Assembly (NCBI GenBank): GCA_964461235.1 | Contig: CAYWUV010000013.1 | Location: forward strand, 10,942 to 74,941 | DNA from: an uncultured Bryobacterales bacterium | GTDB lineage: Bacteria > Acidobacteriota > Terriglobia > Bryobacterales > UBA6623 | Direction: 5' to 3' | DNA length: 64,000 nt | Notes under the pieces: generated by a model | The model's database searches: none | What the model was told of the DNA's origin: nothing | Seen by the model: the letters and a program-made list of their open reading frames with translations, nothing else | In this document: piece after piece, positions 54,888 to 64,000 of the stretch | Numbering within the stretch: the stretch's first letter is position 1 | Layout: every line of letters starts with the position of its first letter | Program-made: the position numbers and the translations under genes

Positions 54888-55529
54888 TCAGTCAAGCTGG
54901 CGAATCCGGAGGTTCCTGAAGCGGACTTCGCTGTTATGGTCCTGCAGAACGAGCCGTCCCTTCTTGGACTGGCCGAAAGCGGGATCCCTGCCGGCCGCCT
55001 TCGCCCGCCGGGCGAAATCCGGGCTCGCCGAATCGTACTCCAGGACTTTCCTTCCGTTCAGCCAGTGCTTCACCTTGCTGCCCTGCGCCTGGATCCGTAG
55101 GGAATTCCACTGCCCCGGCGGTTTTGTTGCGTCTTCCGTTGGAGGGTAGAGCCCGTAGGCCGCACCTGCGCGACGGGTTGGATCTCGTTGCGATGCCGAT
55201 CGTGCATTGTCGGCGATCTGGTATTCGACCGCCACGGCTGTCGGGTTTCCGTACCCGTGGACACGATAGAAGACACCGCTGTTGCCCAAGGCTCCGACCT
55301 TCCACTCCAAGCGGAGGTCGAAATCGCCGAACTCCTCCTCCGACAGGAGGTTGCCAGGCCTGCCTTGAACCACGACGTCGGGGCCGTCAACCACCCACGC
55401 TCCATTCGCGTTCGCCCGAGACACCACGGTCCATCCCGTCAGACTCAAGCCGTCGAACAATTCCGTGAATCCGGTATCGCTGGCCGAAGACCCGGTAGCG
55501 AGCAGCAAGGCTAAGGGGATCGCTCGCAT
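54888..55529 (-). CDS. DUF1080 (3-keto-disaccharide hydrolase-like, concanavalin-fold) secreted protein
   Basis: ATG 55529 ([16 protein letters not shown]). [38 protein letters not shown], and [17 protein letters not shown] match the DUF1080 pattern. Confidence 0.75.
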   Translation of the reverse strand: MRAIPLALLLATGSSASDTGFTELFDGLSLTGWTVVSRANANGAWVVDGPDVVVQGRPGNLLSEEEFGDFDLRLEWKVGALGNSGVFYRVHGYGNPTAVAVEYQIADNARSASQRDPTRRAGAAYGLYPPTEDATKPPGQWNSLRIQAQGSKVKHWLNGRKVLEYDSASPDFARRAKAAGRDPAFGQSKKGRLVLQDHNSEVRFRNLRIRQLD

Positions 55530-55599
55530 CGCCCCTTCATCGTCTCGCATTTGCAGGGTAGGCCTGTCGGCGGGCTATGCTCAGGAAGGTGAAGGATCG

Positions 55600-56364
55600 A
55601 TGGCGATGAGTACGGAACGGATCCGCGTTGCGGCAGTGACCGGTGCTGGCAGCGGAGTGGGCCGGAGCAGTGCGCTCGCGCTGGTGGCCGACGGCTACTG
55701 TGTGGCGCTCCTCGGCCGCCGCTCGGCAGCTCTGGCGGAGACCGCCGTTCTATCCGGCACGCCCGACCGGTGCTTGCTCCTGTCGGCAGACGTGACGGAC
55801 GAGGAGACTGTCGCGGGCGCGTTTCGCCGCATCGTCGATCGCTTCGGCCGGCTGGATGTGCTGTTCAACAACGCAGGCGGGAACGTGCCGCCCAAACCCC
55901 TCGAGGACCTTTCTCTGGCGGACTGGCAGACCGTGGTCGATGTCAACCTCACCGGTACGTTCCTTTGCACGAGGGAAGCGCTGCGGATCATGAAGCGGCA
56001 GGACCCTAGGGGTGGGCGCATCATCAACAACGGCTCCGTGTCGGCTCAGACCCCGAGGCCGTTCTCCGCGCCGTATACCGCGACCAAGCACGCTGTGACT
56101 GGGCTCACGAAATCGGTGGCCCTTGATGGCCGTGGTTTCGACGTTGCGTGTGGACAGATCGATATCGGGAATGCGGCGACACCCATGACGGCCAGGATGG
56201 AGAAGGGCGTGCTGCAAGCGGACCTTACGGTATCTCCGGAGCCAACCATGGATGTCGATCATGTTGCGCGGGCCGTCCTATACATGGCGAACCTCCCGCT
56301 TGACGCGAATGTCCTGACGATGACTGTGATGGCGACCAAAATGCCGCTCGTTGGCCGCGGGTGA
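55600..56364 (+). CDS. Short-chain dehydrogenase/reductase
   Basis: ATG 55600 with an [20 protein letters not shown] (TGxxxGxG), NNAG, and [11 protein letters not shown] (YxxxK). Confidence 0.85.
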   Translation: MAMSTERIRVAAVTGAGSGVGRSSALALVADGYCVALLGRRSAALAETAVLSGTPDRCLLLSADVTDEETVAGAFRRIVDRFGRLDVLFNNAGGNVPPKPLEDLSLADWQTVVDVNLTGTFLCTREALRIMKRQDPRGGRIINNGSVSAQTPRPFSAPYTATKHAVTGLTKSVALDGRGFDVACGQIDIGNAATPMTARMEKGVLQADLTVSPEPTMDVDHVARAVLYMANLPLDANVLTMTVMATKMPLVGRG

Positions 56365-56462
56365 GCACGGGAAGACTGGCCCGTCCGACAGGACCTCCCC
56401 TCCGGGCGGGCCGGGGGTAATGCGTCCCTCCGGCCAAGGATGCTCTGTGAGACAATCTCGGC

Positions 56463-57923
56463 TTGAAGGCCGCCGTGATCGTAGGCCTAGTGGCCGTAGC
56501 CTGGCTGCTTGCCGCTACCGGGTCGGATGACCCGAAGACGCCGCGGCCTGGGGCATCGGAAACAAAGTCGGCACCGCAGCCCCGGCCACACCCACGTGTC
56601 CGCTTCCATGCCGCACCGAAACCCTTGGCTCCGACTGCGACCGTAGAAGACTGGCCATCATTTCTCGGCACCCGGGGAGAACCGGTCTCCGGGGAGACCG
56701 GGCTGCTCAATCAGTTCGGCCCTTCGGGCCCCAACCTCGTCTGGGAACTCTCCAAGGGGACCGGTTACAGTTCTCCTGCCCTCCAGGGAGACCACCTCGT
56801 CTACATGCACCGCATGGGTTCCGAGGTGGTTGTCGAGTGCTTGCAGCCCGAGACAGGGGAGGCCTACTGGAGATTTCAGTACGCCACCGACTTCGAGGAC
56901 CGCTACGGGTACAACAACGGACCCCGGTCCAGTCCGGTGATCGACGGGGATCTCGTTTACACGTACGGGGCGCAGGGCAGGCTGCATTGCCTCCGGTTGC
57001 AGACCGGCCAGGTGGTCTGGAGGAAGGACATAGCGCGGGAGTTCGGCGTTCCGCAGGATTTCTTCGGAACAGCAACCACACCAGTGATCGACGGCGAGGC
57101 GCTGATCGTGAACGTGGGTGCACCCGGAGGGCCGACCGTCGTGGCGTTCGACAAGCGGAGCGGGAGGATGCTGTGGGGTTCCGGGGATCAGTGGGGTCCT
57201 AGCTACGCCACTCCGGTTGTGCGAGATGTTCGAGGCAGGCGCCGTGTGTTCGTCCTCGCTGGCGGGGAGAGCAGCCCGCCTGCAGGTGGCTTGCTGGCCA
57301 TCGACCCGGCGGACGGCAGCCTGGAGTTCCGGTTTCCCTGGCGCAGCCGCAGTTTCGAGTCTGTCAACGCCTCCAGTCCGCTTGTCGTGAACGACACCGT
57401 GCTCGTGGCAGCTTCCTACAGGACGGGGGCCGCCTTGCTGCGCCTCAAGAGCGACAAGGGTTTTGAGAAGCTCTGGGAGAATCCCGACTTCGACCTGCAC
57501 TGGACGACAGCGGTGTACGAGAGCGGTTACTACTACGGCTTCTCGGGGCGCAACGAGCCTGACGCCAAGCTCACGTGCCTTCGCGCATCGGACGGTGAAA
57601 CGGTTTGGAGCGAGGCCCTCGAGTGGAAGGAATCCGTGCGAGTTCAGGACGGGATGCGGAGCATCTACGCCAGTCCTTACCGCGGGAACCTCTTGAAGGT
57701 CGACGGCAAGTTCCTTGCGCTGGGAGAGCACGGACACCTCCTCTGGTTGGATCTCGCTCCGTCAGGTCCGACGGTCCGCGACCGGGCCAGGCTGTTTCTG
57801 GCTCGGGAGACATGGGGGCCGCCAGTGATCAGCCGGGGTCTCCTGTACGTGAGCCAAAACTCGCGATCGATAGACCCGCCGGCCGGACCGCGCCTGCTGT
57901 GTTATGACCTTCGGGGCCGCTAG
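56463..57923 (+). CDS. PQQ-like / BamB-like beta-propeller repeat protein, secreted
   Basis: TTG start, signal peptide. EDWPSFLGTRGEPVS, LVWELSKGTGYSSPAL, repeated ...G.LHCLRLQTGQVVW... blades. Confidence 0.7.
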   Translation: MKAAVIVGLVAVAWLLAATGSDDPKTPRPGASETKSAPQPRPHPRVRFHAAPKPLAPTATVEDWPSFLGTRGEPVSGETGLLNQFGPSGPNLVWELSKGTGYSSPALQGDHLVYMHRMGSEVVVECLQPETGEAYWRFQYATDFEDRYGYNNGPRSSPVIDGDLVYTYGAQGRLHCLRLQTGQVVWRKDIAREFGVPQDFFGTATTPVIDGEALIVNVGAPGGPTVVAFDKRSGRMLWGSGDQWGPSYATPVVRDVRGRRRVFVLAGGESSPPAGGLLAIDPADGSLEFRFPWRSRSFESVNASSPLVVNDTVLVAASYRTGAALLRLKSDKGFEKLWENPDFDLHWTTAVYESGYYYGFSGRNEPDAKLTCLRASDGETVWSEALEWKESVRVQDGMRSIYASPYRGNLLKVDGKFLALGEHGHLLWLDLAPSGPTVRDRARLFLARETWGPPVISRGLLYVSQNSRSIDPPAGPRLLCYDLRGR

Positions 57924-57988
57924 CAAGCCGAAAGGAATATGCGGCTGCGAAGTGGTGCCGATTCCGTCTGGGCATCCGAGGCCACGTC

Positions 57989-60316
57989 CTATGGGGAAGC
58001 GGCCGGGGCGACTTCAAAGAGCATCGCCGACCGATCCACAAACACCCGCCGGAGCCCCCAATCCTCCGGGGCGGTCGCAATGATTCTTGACTCCCGGTAG
58101 TAAGGGCTCTCGCGGTCCAATTTCAGTACCAAGTACCGGATTCGGTGCTTCCGGAGGAGGTTTCCCGCGGACTCACGGGCGGCTCTCGCGCTTACCGGCC
58201 GGCGTAGCGCGTCCACTCTGGCGGGCCTAATGTCGGTCCACTCTCCGTCGGGTCCGAGGCCCGTTATCCGGATTCCGGACTGCGATCGGGCGGCGGAGTC
58301 CGGGTGGATCAATTCCAAGCCATCCAAGGCGAAGACGGTCTCGAAGCGAGCCTCTAGGAACATGCCTCCAGCAGGCGGTTCCCGCGAGTTCCATGCCGAA
58401 AAGACATCGCCGTCGAACGCGCGGGCAGCGTGCCAAGGATGCGGGAACGCATTCAGGATTGATCCGGGCGGAAGCGGGGCCGGCGCCCCGTCCCTCAAGA
58501 ATCGCACTTCCGAAACCATCCAGGTTCGCGAGGTGGCAGGCTGGCGCTGTTCGACGCGCACCGCTCTCAATGCCCTCGCCGGCCAAGAGGCCCGCAATAC
58601 TCGGCCGGGTCCTAGCGCCGGGAATGTGGATGCGAGTAGGCTGTCCGAGAGATCTTGGTTCTCGAGCCCTTGGTACGAGACGAGCAGCTCGGCTTGGAAG
58701 TACGCCTCTGGCAAGTTGGAGAAGCTCAGAACTCGAGTGTCGCGTCCCGCGACCTGGTCGAGTCGGTCTGCGAGCAGGAAGGACTCCACGTTTCGCGCCA
58801 AGTGCCATTTCTGGGGCTCAATCCGCAGGGCCGCACGCCACGGGAATCCATCGATGCTCCAGAGGTTCGAGTAATACCAGAGACCCCGATGGGCCGGCCA
58901 GGAGGTGACACACTGCGCCGCCAGCAGGAACGCTGCGAGCGGAAGCCGCACCTTCACAGGCGCCGATTCGACCACCAGTCCCAGTGCCAGCGCGCCGAAG
59001 ATCACGCTAGGGATGAGGAATCTTGCTCCCGCGTTCGAGAGCCAAGGTAGCGCACAAACAAACGATGCTCCAAGGAGAGCGCGGCCCAATGGCCACCGCA
59101 GGGCAAGGAGCGCGATGGGTGCGAGCAGCAGCAGCCACCCCAGGGACCCTGCGTATCGCTCGCCGAAGACCAGGTCGAATGGAGCGGTAGCGAACTGCTC
59201 CCAGCGATTCAACGGCCCCTCCCTGTACGACTTCATCGCGAACAGGTAGGCCTGCTCCCACTCGATGCTGACGTAGCGGTTCCGGAACCATGCGTTGAAG
59301 AACGGGGCCAGCGGATTGCCGGCGAATAGCGCATTCTTCAGGAGCCACGGCAGGCCTACGACGGCGGCTGCTGCGCCTGATAGGGCGAGGGTCCGAACGG
59401 CGGGCCAAGTCGTTCTCGTTCGTGCGAAGGTCGCTGCCGAAGCGATCACAGCTGCCACCACGGCGACCACTCCGGTGTACTTGACTGCGAAAGAGAACCC
59501 GGTTAGGAGCCCCAGGATCAGAAGCCATTTCGCAGTCCGGTCCTTCCACCAACAGGTGAGGGCGAAGAAGGTCATCAGGAGAGCGAACGCAAGGGCACAG
59601 TCGTTATAGGCCGACGACGCATCCGGGATGACAACCGGGCACGTGAAGAACACTACCGTCGCGAACACCCCGGCCAAGGGCGCGTGGAATCTGCGCGCTA
59701 GGCAGAGCATCGCTCCGCATGTCGCGACCAAGAACGAGAAGTGGACAATCTTCGCGGCCGACTCCCGGCCAATTGCGTATGCGAACAGGTACAGCATCTC
59801 TGCTCCCTGCGATACGTGCGCGTAGATGTTCGTCGTGATCGGTAAGAAACCGTGGTCTCGGTAGTAGCGGTGAACGAGCCCCAAGTGGTACCCAATTGCG
59901 TCCGAGCGTGTCTCGGGTGCCAGCGTATGGACGACGTAGAGAACCCCGTAGGCAACGGCTGGAATGAGAATCAGGAGGCGCTCGGGCCAAGGTTGCGAGC
60001 CCTGCACGGAAGGGGCGGGAGGTCGCTTCCAGCGGCCCCACCGAACCCAGCACCCCGCGATCGCGACGCCGACCGCTACGACCGTGCCGTCGAACATCCA
60101 GCCGGCCGCACACAGCCCGAACATGACCATGCTCAGCAGAGCGGAACCGACTGCGTAGGAGAAGAGCCAACTCTCGGGAGCAGTCAGTTGTCCCCCCAGG
60201 GAGCGGAACCCCGCTAGGGCCGTGCGGCCTAGCAAGCCTGCTGCCAGGATCGTGAGGAACCCTCCTGCGAGCACGCTCGCCAGATCGCTGAGGGCTTCAG
60301 GGATCGAGGCGTCCAT
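57989..60316 (-). CDS. GT-C-fold (ArnT/PMT-like) polytopic membrane glycosyltransferase with a C-terminal F5/8-type-C (discoidin)-like domain
   Basis: 775 aa. About 450 aa of hydrophobic segments, with ETRSDAIGYHLGLVHRYYRDHGF in the first loop. The C-terminus ARAFDGDVFSAWNSREPPAGGMFLEARFETVFALDGLELI fits the discoidin-domain pattern. Confidence 0.5.
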   Translation of the reverse strand: MDASIPEALSDLASVLAGGFLTILAAGLLGRTALAGFRSLGGQLTAPESWLFSYAVGSALLSMVMFGLCAAGWMFDGTVVAVGVAIAGCWVRWGRWKRPPAPSVQGSQPWPERLLILIPAVAYGVLYVVHTLAPETRSDAIGYHLGLVHRYYRDHGFLPITTNIYAHVSQGAEMLYLFAYAIGRESAAKIVHFSFLVATCGAMLCLARRFHAPLAGVFATVVFFTCPVVIPDASSAYNDCALAFALLMTFFALTCWWKDRTAKWLLILGLLTGFSFAVKYTGVVAVVAAVIASAATFARTRTTWPAVRTLALSGAAAAVVGLPWLLKNALFAGNPLAPFFNAWFRNRYVSIEWEQAYLFAMKSYREGPLNRWEQFATAPFDLVFGERYAGSLGWLLLLAPIALLALRWPLGRALLGASFVCALPWLSNAGARFLIPSVIFGALALGLVVESAPVKVRLPLAAFLLAAQCVTSWPAHRGLWYYSNLWSIDGFPWRAALRIEPQKWHLARNVESFLLADRLDQVAGRDTRVLSFSNLPEAYFQAELLVSYQGLENQDLSDSLLASTFPALGPGRVLRASWPARALRAVRVEQRQPATSRTWMVSEVRFLRDGAPAPLPPGSILNAFPHPWHAARAFDGDVFSAWNSREPPAGGMFLEARFETVFALDGLELIHPDSAARSQSGIRITGLGPDGEWTDIRPARVDALRRPVSARAARESAGNLLRKHRIRYLVLKLDRESPYYRESRIIATAPEDWGLRRVFVDRSAMLFEVAPAASP

Positions 60317-60343
60317 TTCGGTGCGGCCCGGTTTGGCCGTCGT

Positions 60344-61063
60344 CTAAGGCCGCCGCAATGGCTTGAAGTAGTACTTCAGGATGCACCACATCGCCCATAA
60401 ACCGTCGATGGGACGGATCTTCTTCCCGTCTGCATAGGTCCGGCCATGATACGAGATACCGACCTCGTACACTCTAGCCCCCGCCTTTGCGATCTTTGAC
60501 GTGATTTCCGGCTCGAACCCGAAGCGGTCCTCCTCCAGTACCAGAGACTGCAGCAGTTCGCGCCGGAAGGCCTTGTAGCACGATTCCATGTCGGATAGGT
60601 TGAGGTCGGTCGCGAGGTTCGAGAGTGTCGTCAGCAATCTGTTGCCGAGATAGTGCCGGTAGTACAGAACTCGGTGCTCACTGGCAGTCAGGAATCGGGA
60701 CCCGTACACGGCGTCGGCAGTGCCCTTCAGGAGAGGGGCGAGCAGCTTGGGGTAGTCCTCCGGGTCGTATTCCAGGTCTGCATCTTGGACGATGACAAAG
60801 CCTCCGGTCGCGTGGGCAAACCCTGTGCGCAGGGCCCTCCCTTTGCCCCGGTTTCGATCATGGTGGAGGACGGTCACGTTGTCCAGTTCCTCGGCGATCT
60901 TGGAGGCGACCTCTTCCGAGCCATCAGTCGATGCGTCATCGACGATCAGGATTTCCTTGTCGATCGGGACCTTCTGAACACGGCGGACAATCTCTCGCAA
61001 GGTGTCGACCTCGTTGTAGACAGGGATCACCACCGAGAGTTGCGGATTCAATTCAGTCGGCAT
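60344..61063 (-). CDS. GT2 polyprenyl-phosphate glycosyltransferase (dolichyl/undecaprenyl-phosphate sugar synthase-like)
   Basis: ATG 61063 (MPTELNPQLSVVIPVYNE...). ILIVDDASTDGS and VIVQDADLEYDPEDY (DxD region). Lies 27 bp upstream of the GT-C gene. Confidence 0.8.
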   Translation of the reverse strand: MPTELNPQLSVVIPVYNEVDTLREIVRRVQKVPIDKEILIVDDASTDGSEEVASKIAEELDNVTVLHHDRNRGKGRALRTGFAHATGGFVIVQDADLEYDPEDYPKLLAPLLKGTADAVYGSRFLTASEHRVLYYRHYLGNRLLTTLSNLATDLNLSDMESCYKAFRRELLQSLVLEEDRFGFEPEITSKIAKAGARVYEVGISYHGRTYADGKKIRPIDGLWAMWCILKYYFKPLRRP

Positions 61064-61417
61064 TGCGACGGGTCCGGGCCTTGCGTTCCGACCGTCGGCG
61101 GAGGAGCGCTGCTGCCGGTCGCGAGTGCGTGCCCAGCGCATTGCATTCGCCGCGCGCTGCCGCCCCGTTCAGCACCTCCATGCATGGCCCGTCAGCCGGC
61201 GGCAGAGATTCGTGGGCACCGTATGGATCAACTGCGCTGAGGTCTCCCGGCACTTCGTCTACGGATTGTATCCGGACCTGACCGGCAGCGGCCCTTCGCT
61301 CGCCTGCAACCCTTGGACGACATCTGCATCCCGTACGGCGGGTGCACGCAACGTCTCCGTCGGCTCGGCCACGGCGACGAGCGCTAGTGCAGCCCACGAG
61401 CCCAGCAACACTGTTCG

Positions 61418-61964
61418 TCACGACCGCTTCTGAAGGCCTGCATTGCCTTGCCAGGTACCGGTCTTGGAGTGCATCCCAGGGCAACCGATGAAACCCTCCC
61501 AAAAGGCGTGGCCGGCCTCGATGATGTTGCGCCTGCCGAACTGATCCTTGCTCGCGTTCCCGTTCGCCCTCAACCTGTTGCACGAAAACACCTGGTTTCC
61601 AGTCAGGTCAAATGCGAACGCATCGTAGGAACCGTCGGTCCAGCAGTGCCTTTCTCCGGATCGTATCGGCCAAGTAGGCGCTCGATTCCACCGCCGTCGA
61701 CGCACGCCTTCAACGGACCCTCGGCTCGGCACGCGTCGAGCTCCTCTGCGCACATCGGAACCCCTTGGCAGGTTCCGGCCCGTCAAGCGACGACAGTCCG
61801 ACCCGGGCGACCTAGGGGATGCCGCTCCGATTGAACTTGGTCGGAATTGAGGCGCTGGGCGGCCTCTGGCCGGCGACGGCGCGGAGTCTCGCGCAGCAGG
61901 TCCAGCCGGAATCCGCATCCTGCATGATGCAGTAGGTCCTGCAGTGAAGATCCTCAGGAAGCCA
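61418..61964 (-). pseudogene. Possible decayed gene: coding-like signal in shifting minus-strand frames
   Basis: High third-position GC runs through three frames in turn: WLPEDLHCRTYCIMQDADSGWTCCARL...GIP(TAG), then ...DGPEPAKGFRCAQ...(TGA), then HCWTDGSYDAFAFDLTGNQVFSCNRL...GHAFWEGFIGCPGMHSKTGTWQGNAGLQKRS(TGA at 61418). No single clean ORF with a credible N-terminus. Confidence 0.3.
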
Positions 61965-62014
61965 TCACTTGCGAAGCACATCCTGATGCCATCGGTGCGT
62001 GCCCAATCCTTCCA

Positions 62015-63622
62015 ATGCGAGGGCGCGCTATTCGGCAACCGCACGTGTGTTCGCGAGGACTTGCGTCGGGCGTTCTATACTTATACGCTTTGCAGGGTGC
62101 CCGCCAGCCTGCCGGAGCCAGGCCCGGGACGGTTTACCTCGTCGGTGCGGGCCCGGGTGATCCGGATCTCCTAACCCTCCGCGCTTGCCAACTGCTGCGC
62201 GATGCAGACTTGATTCTCTACGACAACCTCAGCTCGCCCGATGTTCTCGCCTTCGCCCGGCCGGATGCGGAGCGCCGGTATGTAGGCAAGAAGCGGGCCG
62301 AACGCGTGGCCACACAGGCCGAGATCAATGCGTCGATGGTGGCTGCGGCCATGGCCGGGAAAATGGTTGTCCGCCTGAAGGGTGGCGATCCGTACGTTTT
62401 TGGGCGGGGTGGTGAGGAGGCGCAGGAACTGGCCCGCGCGGGCATCCCGTTCGAGGTCGTCCCGGGTGTGACGTCAGCGCTTGGTGCCGCGGCCTACGCA
62501 GGAATGCCGCTTACTCACCGCGACTTCACGCAATCCGTAACGATGCTGACGGGGCACGACGTCGACCGGATCGACTGGAAGCGGCTTGCCGGCCGGCAGA
62601 CCCTCGTGGTGTTTATGGGCCTCATGTCCGTTGCAGAGATCTCCAGGCGTCTCATGGAGGCGGGACTGGATGCAGACACGCCAGCAGCGGCCCTGAGATG
62701 GGCAACGCGGGGCGACCAGAGAGTCGTAACGGCCACGCTCGAAAGGCTGCCCGCCGCCGTCGACCAACAGGGCCTCAAGCCCCCGGCCCTGGTCGTGATT
62801 GGGGAAATCGTTCGGCTCCGGGACGAAATCGACTGGTTCGGCAAGCTGCCGTTGCGCGGCGAGTCGGTTGTCGTTACGCGGGCATCCTCCCAGGCAGCAC
62901 CCCTGTGCCGGACGCTGCGTCGTCTGGGAGCGGAAGTTGTCCCGATTCCAGCGATTGCGTTCGAGCCGCCATCCGACTGGAGCCCGGCGGACCGAGCGAT
63001 TCGGGACCTTCGAGAGTACGACTGGATGATCTTCACGAGCGCCAACGGCGTCGACTGGTTCGTTGGACGTCTCGATGCATCGACGCACGATCTTCGGGAC
63101 TTGCCGCCGAGGATCTGTGCGATCGGACCTGCTACGGCGGGGCGCTTGCGGTCGCTGCACATCCGGGTCGAGGTCGTCCCGGACGAGTTCGTGGCGGAAT
63201 CGCTCGTGGACGCATTCCGAAACATCCCTCTTCGCGGCTCGCGCGTGCTCCTCGCAAGGGCGGAGAACGCTCGCGACCTGCTCCCAAGCGAATTGGCCGG
63301 GATGGGAGCCGAGGTCGACGTGGTTCCCGTGTATCGGACTGTGCTTCCCCCGGAATCACGGGAATTCGCCGGGGTCTACTGGAACTCGGCAACGGTTCCG
63401 GACTGGGTAACTGCCACCAGTTCGTCCACCGTGCGGAACCTGGCGCAACTCGTTCCGCTCGACCTCCTGCGGAGATCCAAGATCGCGTCGATCGGGCCAG
63501 TTACTTCCGAGACAGCACGCCGACTTGGGCTCAGCGTCGCCGTGGAGGCGTCCTCATACACGACTGATGGCCTCGTCGGCGCTCTGCTGACGGCAGTGCG
63601 TGCGGCGAGGAGCCTGTCGTAG
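62015..63622 (+). CDS. cobA-hemD: Uroporphyrinogen-III C-methyltransferase fused to uroporphyrinogen-III synthase
   Basis: VYLVGAGPGDPDLLTLRA, VVRLKGGDPYVFGRGGEE and VVPGVTSA (SUMT domain), followed by about 250 aa of HemD-like sequence (VVVTRASSQAAPL...MIFTSANGV...ATSSSTVRNL). The start is uncertain (ATG 62015, or TTG/GTG near 62090). Confidence 0.8.
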   Translation: MRGRAIRQPHVCSRGLASGVLYLYALQGARQPAGARPGTVYLVGAGPGDPDLLTLRACQLLRDADLILYDNLSSPDVLAFARPDAERRYVGKKRAERVATQAEINASMVAAAMAGKMVVRLKGGDPYVFGRGGEEAQELARAGIPFEVVPGVTSALGAAAYAGMPLTHRDFTQSVTMLTGHDVDRIDWKRLAGRQTLVVFMGLMSVAEISRRLMEAGLDADTPAAALRWATRGDQRVVTATLERLPAAVDQQGLKPPALVVIGEIVRLRDEIDWFGKLPLRGESVVVTRASSQAAPLCRTLRRLGAEVVPIPAIAFEPPSDWSPADRAIRDLREYDWMIFTSANGVDWFVGRLDASTHDLRDLPPRICAIGPATAGRLRSLHIRVEVVPDEFVAESLVDAFRNIPLRGSRVLLARAENARDLLPSELAGMGAEVDVVPVYRTVLPPESREFAGVYWNSATVPDWVTATSSSTVRNLAQLVPLDLLRRSKIASIGPVTSETARRLGLSVAVEASSYTTDGLVGALLTAVRAARSLS

Positions 63623-63648
63623 GGCAATAATGTAGAAGGAGCCCTGAT

Positions 63649-64000
63649 ATGCGGTACCTGCAGGCAGGCGAGCGGCAGCTGGTCGCGTTGGACCCGGACA
63701 ACGACACGCTGCGCCAGTTGGTGCATCAGGCTGGATATTCCTGCACGATCGTTTCCGAGCGCAGGCGCATCAGCCTTGAGGTCGTCGCCTTGGAGTCGAC
63801 CGGCCCTCTATTGCTGTTCGACGCGAGCGAGGCTGCGAACCTTGGCTGGTTTTCCCGCTGCCAGTTCTACGTCGATTCCGTCTCCGGAGTTGTGCTCCAG
63901 ACACCGCTTGTGCTCTCGAATTGCTTCGACGGCAATGAGCTGCAGCGCGACCGGCTCCGAATTTCGGTTTCGACCGAACTTCCTGCCGAATTCCGGATGC
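63649..64000 (+). CDS. 5' part of a hypothetical gene (runs off right edge)
   Basis: ATG 63649, preceded by AAGGAG 7 nt upstream. The frame stays open to the window end (MRYLQAGERQLVALDPDNDTLRQLVHQAGYSC...). Not in the supplied ORF table because no stop is reached. Confidence 0.55.
   Translation, partial: MRYLQAGERQLVALDPDNDTLRQLVHQAGYSCTIVSERRRISLEVVALESTGPLLLFDASEAANLGWFSRCQFYVDSVSGVVLQTPLVLSNCFDGNELQRDRLRISVSTELPAEFRM

Noticed and set aside
56658-57737. 359-aa minus-strand ORF antisense to the 56463-57923 propeller
   Set aside because: Same reasoning: no motifs, Arg/Pro/Gly/Val-rich, and it lies fully inside a supported gene.
61749-61763. GFRCA peptide motif in a minus-strand frame, reminiscent of the C-terminus of formylglycine-generating enzymes (relevant to the sulfatases)
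   Set aside because: It is a single pentapeptide in a broken frame. The expected upstream RGGSW / GN-WEW blocks are absent in the right order, so the evidence is insufficient to call an FGE remnant.
61900-62100. Possible cobalamin riboswitch upstream of cobA-hemD
   Set aside because: I could not find a B12-box-like core or the conserved paired regions by eye. Only a vague GCC...GGAGCCAGGCC resemblance was seen.

Overview
High-GC chromosomal segment with about 50 genes. The gene content is most consistent with Acidobacteriota, with Planctomycetota/Verrucomicrobiota as the alternative. This placement is an inference from ~900-1100-aa TonB-dependent receptors with carboxypeptidase-regulatory N-termini, many PQQ-like beta-propellers, DUF1501 + DUF1549/DUF1553 pairs and sulfatases. 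No rRNA, tRNA or CRISPR array was seen. Layout: (i) 0.1-2.3 kb, a sugar-acid aldolase/dehydratase pair. (ii) 2.3-7.4 kb, an AT-richer accessory islet. It holds an intact IS1595-family element (28-bp IRs, perfect 8-bp target duplication), a vapBC toxin-antitoxin pair, gene remnants and an orphan 384-aa protein of unknown function. (iii) 7.4-30 kb, secreted/periplasmic functions: TPR protein, quinohaemoprotein dehydrogenase, two DUF1549/1553 + DUF1501 pairs, ceramidase-like hydrolase, two TonB-dependent receptors, PLP decarboxylase-fold enzyme and CE7 esterase. (iv) 30-36 kb (window centre), a cNMP-binding::acyltransferase fusion, a small secreted haem-c::ComEA-HhH fusion translationally coupled to a beta-propeller, and a divergent paralogous propeller. 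I rate this central module the best candidate for an undescribed system. (v) 36-47 kb, an uncharacterised secreted protein, three Cys-type sulfatases and a third DUF1549/1553 + DUF1501 pair. (vi) 46.8-52.7 kb, a complete mrpABCDEFG cation/proton antiporter operon. (vii) 52.8-64 kb, an MFS transporter preceded by a small Cys-cluster secreted protein, then DUF1080, SDR, another propeller, a GT2 + GT-C (discoidin-tailed) glycosylation pair, a decayed coding region and a cobA-hemD fusion. All family calls come from reading motifs in the translated ORFs; no database search was run.
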